Assembly: GCF_046119375.1 (NCBI RefSeq)
Contig: NW_027362768.1
Span: 196,850,001-196,914,000 of the forward strand
Direction: 5' to 3'
Source of the DNA: Phyllobates terribilis
Lineage: Eukaryota
DNA length: 64,000 nt
Positions 51,824 through 61,900 of this stretch are shown here, in pieces (the first letter of the stretch is position 1; every line of letters begins with the position of its first letter). The notes beneath the pieces are model-generated. The model was not told the origin of the DNA. It was given only the letters and a program-made list of their open reading frames with translations, and ran no database searches. A program made the translations under genes and the position numbers.

Positions 51824-54800
51824 GTAGGTAAACACTGATGAGATCCATAGGAATCACTGATTGATCGATTCACCCCTCAATAAGGCTGCGTTCACACTTT
51901 GTGGCGTCACCATTTCAATAACGCTGCAAAAACTTTGCAGTTCTATCGCAACTGCAATGTGTGAACGCAGCCTAAAGGTTAAGACCACAGACAGATGATG
52001 AGGAGCTGCAGCCCCTTCTGTCACCATGCGATGGAGGGCCGAGGTGCCAGTGCAGCACAGCTCTACTCAATGGAGGCATCTGCCGCCCTCCAAAATCTGG
52101 GACATAAGAGTGAAGGTGCCACAGGGCTGAAGTAACTGTGCCGCTGCTGTGGCCGGGGACCCTCTATTCTCTGTGGGGTCCCAGACCACCCACCACTCTT
52201 ATCAAAGTAATAGCAACAGAAAACCCTTTACCAGACCAGTTCCTGAATTCAGCGGATCTCACTATAGATCCCAGTACAATAATGACACTGGTCCTGTAGC
52301 GATCCGAAGTGTCGGCACTGAGAATCCAGGCTGGTAAATTAGCCCAGAAGTGCATTGGGGGTGTAAACAGAAGCAGTACAGACACGCCCCCAATGCACTT
52401 CCAGACTAATTTGCTTGTTTTTTCATTACTTGATTTCTCAGCACTGGTACATCGGATCACGAGACCGGGATCAGGTTTATTGTACTGGGACCTGTGTATC
52501 TGTCCTGCTAGTGTCAGTAGGGAAACCCTCCGACTGTGCCCTGTATACAGCACCTGGAGCAGGTCGGTCCTATATGTGCCAGCGGCCAAGTTATAGGGGT
52601 CTGGACCATCGCCTACATGCTCTGGATGGCCACTTCATGTGGCCGTATTATGGCAGCACTCGTGTCCCGGTCATCAGAGCTCAGCCTCCAACATATGTAA
52701 TAAAAGCATCCGCCACCGGACCTCACTCTACTGGCTGCAGCCCCCCAGCGCCCTATGGGGGAATAGGAGGCCGGACCCTCTATTTTGCAGCAGATACTTA
52801 AGGATTTAACCCATTGTGATCTTTCTACATACAGTGCAGAGAAGTCCTTTTTTTTGCACAGATTTTAATTAGAAAATGTACAAAAATATGTATAAAAAAA
52901 AAAAAAAAAGGCCCCTCAGGCAAGAGTCCGGGTGGATGATGATGATGGGGGTCCTTGCACATAGACTCTGGGGGGACGATGAAGGAGAAGAGTCCGGGGG
53001 GACGATGGCTGAGGTCCCTGCACACAGTACAGTCCGGGAAGACGATGGCTGGGGTCCTCGCACACAGTAGAGACCGGGCGGGGGGGGGGGGGGGGACGGA
53101 CGGACGATGGCAGGGGTCCTCGCCCACAGGAGAGTCCGGGGGGGAACGATGGCAGGGGTCCTCGCCCACAGGAGAGTCCGGTGGGGTTCCGCCTGTCAGG
53201 TGGCGGAGGCCCGGAGGATCTTGACCTCGTCCCGCGGCCGGTCCTGGCTGTCCGTCTCCACCATCCCCAGCCTGTTCAGGGTCCCCAGGCCCTGGCTCAC
53301 CCGCCCGAAGATCGTGTGCTTGCCGTCCAGCCACTGGGCCGGGGCCAGGGTGAGGAAGAACTGGCTGCCGTTGGTGTCGGGCCCGGAGTTGGCCATGGCG
53401 AGGATCCCGGCCCCGGTGAACTTCAGCTCCGGGTGCAGCTCGTCGGGGAAGTGCTTCCCGTCATAGATGGAGCCTCCGCCGCGCCCGGTGCCCGTGGGGT
53501 CCCCGCCCTGTACCATGAAGTCTTTGATGATGCGGTGGAACTTGGTGCCGTTGTAGTAGCCGCGGCGGGAGAGCTCGGCGAAGTTCCTGCACGTCCGCGG
53601 GGCGTGCTCCCAGTACAGCTCCACCGTGATCGTGCCCATGCTGGTGTCCAGGCTGACGGTGGACGGCCGCCAATTGTCCGGTGGGATCCCCGCCATCCTA
53701 CACGCGTGTGACCGGGGAGCGCCGCCGCGAGAACACACTTCCGCTTTCCAAGCCTCGTTCTCAGACGCACAGCTTCCGGTGTCAATAAAGTTACTTTTGA
53801 ATACTGTAGTAACTCAGTGGCCATTGCTCATGGCAACCAATCAGAACGCTTTTTACATTTTCAACTTTTCTGAATGAATATAAACTGGAATCTGATTGGT
53901 TGTTGTGGGCAGAGCTGAAGCTACATCTTACAGCTGAGTCTCAGGAATTAAATCTCAATTTCCACAATCCGTCACTAATAAAGATAAACACAATCTCAAA
54001 TACAGGGGAAGATTTACAAGACTGCCTGAAAGACAATGTTTAAGTAATGCCAGAAGTAGCCAATCACAGAGCAGGTTTTATTTTTCAATAGCAGAATATG
54101 AAATGAAAGCTGCGCTGTGATTGGCTGCCGTGGCGTACAACAGTAATTCCAGGATCTGAGGGGTTTATGCAAAGTGGAAGTTGGGGAAACTCGTGTCAAA
54201 AAGTGTCGTCAGGCCCCAAGTAATAAAACACAGCACGCCATTTGTAAACAGTGAGGTGTTAGTGGTTCATAGTTAGAATGCATTGCATTTAGGGGGTCTG
54301 TATCAGTTTCAGAGGTCCAGTCTGGGGTCTTTATTCATTTAGAAGGTTTGGTCTTGGGTCTGTATCAGTTTTGGGGGTCCAGTCTGGGGTCTGTATCAGT
54401 TTTGGGGGTCTGGTCTGGGGTCTGTATTAGAAGGTCCGCTCTGGGGCCTGTATCAGTTTTGGGGGGGTGGGTCCAGTCTGGAGTCTGTATCAGTTTTGGG
54501 GGTCCGGCCTGGGGTCTGTATTAGTTTTGGGGGTCTGGTGTCTGTATTAGAAGGTCCTCTCTGGAGTCTGTATTAGAAGGTCCGCTCTGGGGTCTGTATC
54601 AGTTCGGGGGGGAGGGGGGGGGGTCTGGTCTGGGGTCTGTATCAGTTTGGGGGGACTGGTCTTGGGCCTGTATAAGTTCGGGGGTTCAGTCTGGGGTCTG
54701 GATCAGTTTTGGAGGTCCGGTCTGGGGTCTGTATCAATTTTGGGGGTCTGGTCTGCAGGCTGTATTAGAAGATCCGCTCTGGAGTCTGTATCAGCTCGGG

Positions 54801-54912
54801 GGGGGGGGGGTCCAGTCTGGGGCCATTATAAGTTCAGGGAGTCCGGTCTGAGGCCTGTATAAGTTTGGGGGGGTCTGGTCTGGGGTCTGTATCAGCTCAG
54901 GGGGTGATGGTG

Positions 54913-54962
<50 letters not shown>

Positions 54963-57900
54963 TATATATATATATATATAGTTATATACAGTGCATTGTG
55001 AAAGTATTTTTTCCCCCTTCAACTTTTCTAACTTTTGCCACATTTCTGGCTTCAAACATAAAGATATAAAATTCTAATTTTAGGGGGAAGAATCAACAAC
55101 AAGTGGGACACAATCATGAAGTGGAACGAAATTTATTGGATATTTTAAACTTTTTTAATAAATTAAAAACAGAAAAGTGAGGCGTGCAATATTATTCGGC
55201 CCCTTTACTTTCAGTGCAGAAGTTCAGTGAGGATCTCTGAAGGATCCAATGTTGTCCTAAATGACTGGTAATGATAACTACAATCCACCTGTGTGTAATC
55301 AAGTCTCCGTATAAATGCACCTGCTCTGTGATAGTCTCAGGGTTCTCTGCTCTGTGATAGTCTCAGGGTTCTGTTTCAAGTGCAGAGAGCATCATGAAGA
55401 CCAAGGAACACACCAGGCAGGTCCCAGATACTGTTGTGGCGAAGTTTAAAGCCGGATTTGGATACAAAAAGATTTCCCAAGTTTTAAACATCTCAAGGAG
55501 CACTGTGCAAGCGATCATATCGAAATGGAAGGAGTATCAGACCACTGCAAATCTACCAAGACCCGGCCGTCCCTCTAAACTTTCATCTCGAACAAGAAGA
55601 AGACTGATCAGAGATGCAGCCAAAAGGCCCATGATCACTCTGGATGAACTGCAGAGATCTACAGCTGAGGTGGGAGAGTCTGTCCATAGGACAACAATCA
55701 GTCGTACACTGCACAAATCTGGCCTTTATGGAAGAGTGGCAAGAAGAAAGGCATTTCTCAAAGATATCCATAAAAAGTCTCGTTTGAAGTTTGCCACAAG
55801 CCACCTGGGAGACACACCAAACATGTGGAATAAGGTGCTCTGGTCAGATGAAACCAAAATCGAACTTTTTGGCCACAATGCAAAATGATATGTTTGGCGT
55901 AAAAGCAACACAGCTCATCACCCTGAAAACACCATCCCCACTGTCAAACATGGTGGTGGCAGCATCACGGTTTGGGCCTGCTTTTCTTCAGCAGGGACAG
56001 GGAAGATGGTTAAAATTGATGGGAAGATGGACGGAGCCAAATACAGGAACATTCTTGAAGAAAACCTGTTGGGAGTCTGCAAAAGACCTGAGACTGGGAC
56101 GGAGATTTATCTTCCCACAAGACAATGATCCCAAACATAAAGCAAAATCTACAATGGAATGCTTCAAAAATAAACGTATCCAGGTGTTAGAATGGAAACG
56201 TCAAAGTCCAGACCTGAATCCAATCGAGAATCTGTGGAAAGAGCTGAAAACTGCTGTTCACAAACGCCCTCCATCCAACCTCACTGAGCTCGAGCTGTTT
56301 TACAAGGAAGAATGGGCAAGAATTTCAGCCTCTCGATGTGCAAAACTGATAGAGACGTACCCCAACCAGCTGTAATCGCAGGAAAAGGTGGCGCTACAAA
56401 GTATTAACTCAGTGGGGCCGAATAATATTGCACGCCCCACTTTTCAGTTTTTAATTTGTTAAAAAAGTTTAAAATATCCAATAAATTTCGTCCCACTTCA
56501 CGATTGTGTCCCACTTGTGGTTGATTCTTCCTCCCAAAAATTAGAATTTTATATCTTTATGTTTGAAGCCAGAAATGTGGCAAAAAGTAGAAAAGTTCAA
56601 GGGGGGGAAATACTTTCACAATGCACTGTATATGCTTTATTTTTCCTATACTTTGATACATATATATCTAATCTGATTATATGGACTGTGACCGTCCTCC
56701 TTTCGTTATTTGGGTTTATTTGTACATTGATCCATTTCACGCTGCTCCTCCGCTCTGTTTTCGGCTTTTTTAATGTCTTGTATGTTTTTTTATTTGTTGC
56801 GGATTATCAGTTTGTTTAGCAATATATCTGTATATACCTTCATGGTGTGTGAAGCAGTATATATAGAATTTTGTGTTTTGGGCTGATCTGTGGTTAGGTT
56901 TCTCCTTTAGGGCCGTCTGTTCTATGTTGACACAGTTTTATATTCGGGCCGTTCTTCTTTTTTGGTGGTTTCTTACCATTGACTCTTTCAGAAGGGTCGT
57001 TATCATTATTATAGATTTTCACAATATGTAAATATAAATTGATTATCCCAGATTTCTCATATTAATATGACCGGTATATTTTGATGGGAACAGTGTCGTC
57101 CGTACTCGGCTCCCAACCCCGTACTAAGGAAAGTAGAGCCAATGGCTGAAGAAAAGTTCTGCAACTTCTGTGCTATTTTGGTGATTTCCTCATAGACAAC
57201 AAAACGGGAAATGAAAGCTGCACAGAGGCGCAACATGAAGCGCATGAAGAAATCTGTAACGGCGCCCCCTCCAGTCATACACCATCTATTACACTGTTGA
57301 CTTTTTTTTTTTGCACTTTTTCTTCTCCTTTTATATTTCCAAAGGTTTGTGATTTATAAGTTGCCAATGCGTCTGATCAACGAGTCGTATGGACCAGGCC
57401 TGGACTATTTGTATCTCGACTCAAAGTCACAGGGATGGCAAGTCAGCAAATTCCTCATCAACATGACCCAGGGGGCGATGGGGCATGTGCTGGAGCAGCT
57501 TTACCAGTCATACAACGTGAGTGTGGTCTTGACCGCGTGCCTAAATATTCTGCCACACTGTTCAGGACTGGGCGTCACATACGGGCGTCACATACGGGCG
57601 TCACATACGGGCGTCACATACGGTCCTGCTTCTCCAAGAATTATGTAGGGTCAGGTGCATAAAGCGCAATGTGCACCATGGGACAGGTAAGATATTTGCG
57701 TCCGTGCAAAAAAAACTCCGCGTAATTCTATATAAACCCGCGGGACAGGAAGATACATTGCCCCAGCAGTCGGTAGACAAAGTGCTTTGGATAAATGCAT
57801 TTCGGGAACCCTTTATAACTGAGCTAAGAAGGTACAATTATGAAGGAAATGTCAGATGATGTGATGTGTCTGCGTGATATTTCCTGAGATTTGTGCAGGT

Positions 57901-58024
57901 TTTCTTGCATCTCACTATATTTTCTTATTTTTCTTCGTTCAGAGAAACGACACGGCATACATGTTATATAATGATTCTCCGCCGGGAATGAACAGCTCCT
58001 TCACGGACAGAGGGCACTCCAAGG
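51723..58024 (+). CDS. dnase2b: Deoxyribonuclease II beta, exons 1-3 only, join(51723..51823,57345..57516,57943..58024); gene continues beyond the window
   Basis: Signal-peptide-like MSVRGFFSTLCMIGVSLATC, then EIACRNEDGDTVDW|FVIYKLP...GLDYLYLDS...LEQLY...AYMLYNDSPP...RGHSKG (first HxK motif). GT-AG ends and phases fit. The beta assignment rests on synteny with uox and samd13. Confidence 0.9.
51884..51972. mobile_element. 89-bp PIF/Harbinger-type MITE
   Basis: 14-bp perfect TIR GGCTGCGTTCACAC / GTGTGAACGCAGCC flanked by TAA on both sides. Confidence 0.8.
52848..52869 (-). promoter_or_regulatory. ATTAAA signal followed by A8, a possible ppil1 polyA site or retrocopy tail remnant
   Basis: Minus strand reads ...ctaATTAAAatctgtgcAAAAAAAA, ~330 nt after the stop. 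Confidence 0.45.
53196..53696 (-). CDS. ppil1: Peptidyl-prolyl cis-trans isomerase-like 1 (spliceosomal cyclophilin), intronless, 166 aa, nested antisense in dnase2b intron 1
   Basis: MAGIPPDNWRPSTVSLDTSMG...NFAELSRRGYYNGTKFHRIIKDFMVQGGDPTGTGRGG...GAGILAMANSGPDTNGSQFFLTLAPAQWLDGKHTIFGRV... The N-terminus is PPIL1-specific and the active-site R/F/M/Q/N/F/W/L/H residues are present. Single uninterrupted ORF. Confidence 0.95.
   Translation of the reverse strand: MAGIPPDNWRPSTVSLDTSMGTITVELYWEHAPRTCRNFAELSRRGYYNGTKFHRIIKDFMVQGGDPTGTGRGGGSIYDGKHFPDELHPELKFTGAGILAMANSGPDTNGSQFFLTLAPAQWLDGKHTIFGRVSQGLGTLNRLGMVETDSQDRPRDEVKILRASAT
53700..53800 (-). promoter_or_regulatory. Putative ppil1 core promoter with two ETS/GABP-type sites
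   Basis: GCGGAAGTG (~53737-53745) and ACCGGAAGC (~53772-53780) on the minus strand, in a CpG-rich segment 40-85 nt upstream of the ATG. Confidence 0.55.
54290..54905 (+). repeat. ~30-bp degenerate minisatellite (GGGGTCTGTATCAGTTTTGGGGGTCCAGTCT)
   Basis: Recurrent ggggtctgtat cores. Confidence 0.85.
54917..54988. repeat. (TA)n microsatellite abutting the Tc1 insertion
   Basis: Direct reading. Confidence 0.95.
54989..56628 (+). mobile_element. Full-length (1640 bp) Tc1 DD34E transposon with ~215-bp TIRs; transposase inactivated
   Basis: TA|CAGTGCATTGTGAAAGTATTT...AAATACTTTCACAATGCACTG|TA; TIRs 54989-55202 and ~56413-56628. ORF from 55394 has a nonsense codon at 55886, a frameshift near 56060 and a small 3' deletion. 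D(WSDE), D(QDND) and E(PIEN) are spaced 34. Confidence 0.96.
57345..57516 (+). CDS. dnase2b: dnase2b exon 2
   Basis: Long polypyrimidine tract + aag acceptor; FVIYKLP...YQSYN |gtgagt. Confidence 0.93.
57943..58024 (+). CDS. dnase2b: dnase2b exon 3
   Basis: ttcgttcag| RNDTAYMLYNDSPPGMNSSFTDRGHSK G|gtaagt. Confidence 0.93.
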
Positions 58025-58210
58025 GTAAGTGGCCGACCTCCCATGTGCACCCCGTATACTGACTGTACGGGAGGATCCAGACTGTTGTGTGCGGAGGTCA
58101 CACCACCGGAATAGAGATTGCGGCCGCTATCAAAAGATAGAAACGACCGGTAGAGACATGGTATTCCGGTCGAGATCCCATAATGGAGACTCCTCAGATA
58201 GTGGACTCAA

Positions 58211-59352
58211 CCCCTTCACCACCGTGGATTTTCCGTTTTTTTCCCTCCACTTCTTCCAATTGACATAACTTTTTTTATTTTTCCATCAATATAACCCATA
58301 TGAGGGCTTGTTTGTTTGCGGGACTTGTTGTACTTTTGACTGACACCATTCATTTTATCATGTGATGTGCTAGAAAGCAGGAAAAAAAATCCAACTGCTG
58401 TGAAGTTGCAAAAAAAAAAGTGGAATTCCACAATTGTTTTTTTTTATTTTTTATTTACCATGTTCACTATATGGTAAGACTGACCTGGCAATATGATTCT
58501 CCAGGTAAGTACAAGTACTCAGATACCAAACATGTATATATATTTTTTTTATTTAAGTTTTGAAAAAAAATTCTGAAATTTGCTCAAAAGAAAATGTTGC
58601 TTTTGTCAGCATTTTTCAAGTCCTGTAAAGTTTGATTTTTCGTGATCTTGGGCGAACTGAGGGCTTATTGTTTGCACCCTGAGCTGATGATTTTATTGAT
58701 ACCATTTCGGGGTAGATACGATGTTTTATTGCAATGTTGCGGTGGGGAAAAAAAACCTAATTCTGGCGTTTTGATTTTTTTTCGTTACGCCATTTACCGA
58801 TCGGATTAATTTACTCTATATTTTGATAGATCACACTTTTACGAACGCAGTGATACCAAATATGTGCATTTTTTTTATTATTTTTCTATTTTGAATGGGG
58901 CAAAATTAACTTTTGTGTTTTTTATTTTTGTCATATTTTAAAAAAATATATTTTTCTGACTTTTTACTGTATTTATTAGTTTCTTAAGGGATTTGTAGCA
59001 GGCTTGTGCTGCGCATAGCAGGGCATCAGTACTGCTATGTATGGAGAAAACCACAATCTCCTATGAACGCGTCAATGGAGTCATTAGCAAACCCCCAGCT
59101 GTTATGACAACCCATCGATGCCCCGTGATCACAGCAGGGTCCCGCCGATGGGAGCGTGGAAAGACGTGCCCCCTGCAGGCGAGTGTTAAATCGCGCAGAG
59201 ATTTAACAGGTTAACAGCGACGGGCAGAGCTCTGATCCACCTGCGGCTAGAGGCATTATGTATGGGAAAAGATGCCGGCTCAATGTGCGGGCGCGCAACA
59301 AAGCTAGGGTCACGACTTTGGATGTACCTGTACGTCAAAGGTTTTGAAGGGG
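58211..59352. mobile_element. Non-autonomous TTAA-type (piggyBac-like) DNA element in dnase2b intron 3
   Basis: T(C)AA|CCCCTTC...GAAGGGG|TTAA termini with an AT-rich non-coding interior. Similar interior sequence occurs at ~50750-51400 and ~21900-22560. Confidence 0.6.
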
Positions 59353-60558
59353 TTAAATACCATCCAGAATCTCCAGAAACGTCTAAAAGCATCAGAACAG
59401 ATGGAAAAGCTGTAAAAGTGTCAGAAGAGATTGGGGGTGAAAGTGGAGGATGTATCTGGAGCCCGAAGAGACACTTTTTCCTTGCATCCTGGCATTCATG
59501 GACGCCCACCAATTTGGCTGGTCTTAACTCTACTGGTTATAGCAAGGGGTTGTACAGGACTAAGAAAACATGGCGGCTTCCTTCAACCTGCAACCTCAGC
59601 AGTCCTTTCCGCCACTTCACCAGTTCATGCGGCCACTTCACCAGTTCATGCGGCCACTTCACCAGTCCATGCGACCACCTCTTAGTAAAACAATAAAGTG
59701 GGATGCACAACCCCCTTAATTGCTGTTGGAAGAAATTGTGCAGCAAGCGACAATAAACACGCAATCTGCAATATAATTTCTAATAATACAGCTGAAGGCG
59801 ACATTTCTGAAGCTGTCGAACGTCAACCACTTTGCGTGCGCCCAACCGTAGTGATAGACGGAGTGGCAGAGCGAGCCTTCCCTTTGTCTTTCCCCGTCTC
59901 TCGGTTGTGTCTTTTTTTCAGCCGTATTCATCTGTGTAACTATGAGGTGACTTGTAAGGGTCTCGCTTCTTATCCAGCGCAGATTGACCATACAACTTCA
60001 ATCTAAATCCCTTTTGATTAAAATAATCCAAAATCCCCCAATAAAAACTTTTTTGCAAAGTAATTATAATTCGATACCTCTCTTTGCATTTGGCCGCTTT
60101 CCTCTTGACCTGATTTTCCTGCTGCACTCAGCATGTTTGATCCAGATCTTCCGCACCCAGACATGTTTGTCCTGCAGCTTTCTTCTCTTCTTACCTTGCT
60201 GGTTTATATCAGGTATCTCAGCCGCTCGGTATCCACCCACTGCTCCTCCTCGCATCCCTGCTGGCGTATCTCCATCAGCTCCCACCTAGTAAGAGTCGAT
60301 CACTGCCTTCTGCCCAGGCGCCGGGTGCTTCACCCATCCATGGTTGTTCCATCCTATAGATTTCCCGGCCCCCCCGTGCGTTTCATCATTCCTGCACATT
60401 GAGGGGTCTGGAACAACCCAAACCATGACCCAAAGTTCGTGTCATCAGCGGAAGAGGATCGAGACCCTGAAGAAGGAATCACGCGGCCAAAGAGAAAAGC
60501 CCTGAAAATCTCCAGCGCAAAACTACTGAAGAAGGAAAGATCTGGGAAACTTCTGTAA

Positions 60559-60832
60559 AGAGGAGCTGTCACCGGGTCACGGTGGGCGGTTTTTGCTCTA
60601 ATTTTATTCCCGCGGATCCCCTTAGTGAGCAGGTAATTTTTTAATTTCCAAGGGGGTGGTGCTCACAGGGTAATTTTCAGAGTAGGCTTTAGACACGCCC
60701 CCAGAGAATCTTGTGAGCCACACCCTTTTGGTAAAGACCATAAAAACTAGCACTAAAGAAAAAGGTCCATATCTGTGGAACCTTACACACGCAGGAGTAA
60801 AATAAAAGCAAACTGGCATCTCAGGTCCCCTT
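60559..60832. mobile_element. T2/Kolobok-type MITE remnant
   Basis: taaagaggagctgtcacc left end and caggtccccttta right end resemble the amphibian AAAGGGAACCTGTCA TIR type. Confidence 0.45.
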
Positions 60833-61128
60833 TATATGCTGGCAGCCTTCGGTCACCACTAGAGGGAGCACAGGAGCTTCCTGCATACAGGTCATTATTG
60901 AGCTCAGTGTATGGTCTGTATACAGCACTGCCCCCCGAGCTCCCCCTAGTGTTCATTAAAGGGATTTATGTAGCAATTAAAAACTGGACTTTCTCTTCAG
61001 TTTATACGCAGAAGCTATTGTCCGGTAGGATGGACTTGTCGAAAAAGAAGAAGGAATCAAAATTGCTGGATGAATCATGAACAATCCTAAATACGCAGAC
61101 GATACAACATTGATAGCAACAAGCGCAG

Positions 61129-61363
61129 ATGGGATGAAGGACGTATTATGGAGGGTCAAGATGGAAAGCTCGAGCATGGGATGAAGGACGTATTGTGGAG
61201 GGTCAAGATGGAAAGCTCAAGCATGGGATGAAGGACGTATTATGGAGGGTCAAGATGGAAAGCTCGAGCATGGGATGAAGGACGTATTGTGGAGGGTCAA
61301 GATGGAAAGCTCAAGCATGGGATGAAGGACGTATTATGGAGGGTCAAGATGTAAAGCTCGAGA
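61129..61363 (+). repeat. 5 x 47-bp tandem duplication inside the RTE RT region
   Basis: atgggatgaaggacgtatt starts at 61129, 61176, 61223, 61270 and 61317. Confidence 0.93.
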
Positions 61364-61900
61364 ATGGGACTGCTACTCTACAAGGAAGACAAAGATACTG
61401 ACGACTGCCAGGAACGACCGGAACACATCTAAGATGGACGACGATGAACTGGAAGTTGTAAAGGACTTCAACCTACTCGGATCAATGATCACTCAAGATG
61501 CAGCGACGACACCGGAAGTCAATAGGAGAATAGCTATGGGCGGATCAACAATGAAGTCCCTGGACAAGGTCTTCAGATGGAGGAACATTTCACTGGTGAC
61601 GAAATCACGGCTCGTACAGTCTGGTCTCTTCTGTGGTAATATATGGATGCGAAACCTGGACGATAAAGAAACAAGTCAGAAGAATCAACGCCTTCTTGTG
61701 GAGCTGGAGAAGGATGTTCTCGATACCATGGACGGCAAGAAGAACAAACCAAGCCAGACATGTCACTGAAAGCAAAGATCATGGAGCTACGACTGTGGAC
61801 ACATCATACGAAGAGAGCGATCACTGGAGAAGAACATCATGGTGGGAAGAATAGAAGGAACAAGGCGAAGAGGAAGACCAGCGACCTCATGGCCTGATAC

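Noticed and set aside
53697-53738. 14-aa N-terminal extension of PPIL1 given in the ORF track (MCSRGGAPRSHACR)
   Set aside because: It starts at a GTG; the homologous start is the ATG at 53696 (MAGIPPD).
53825-54130. Four CCAAT boxes as a dedicated ppil1 promoter
   Set aside because: They occur as inverted pairs inside short palindromic elements typical of frog dispersed repeats. Co-option is possible but unsupported.
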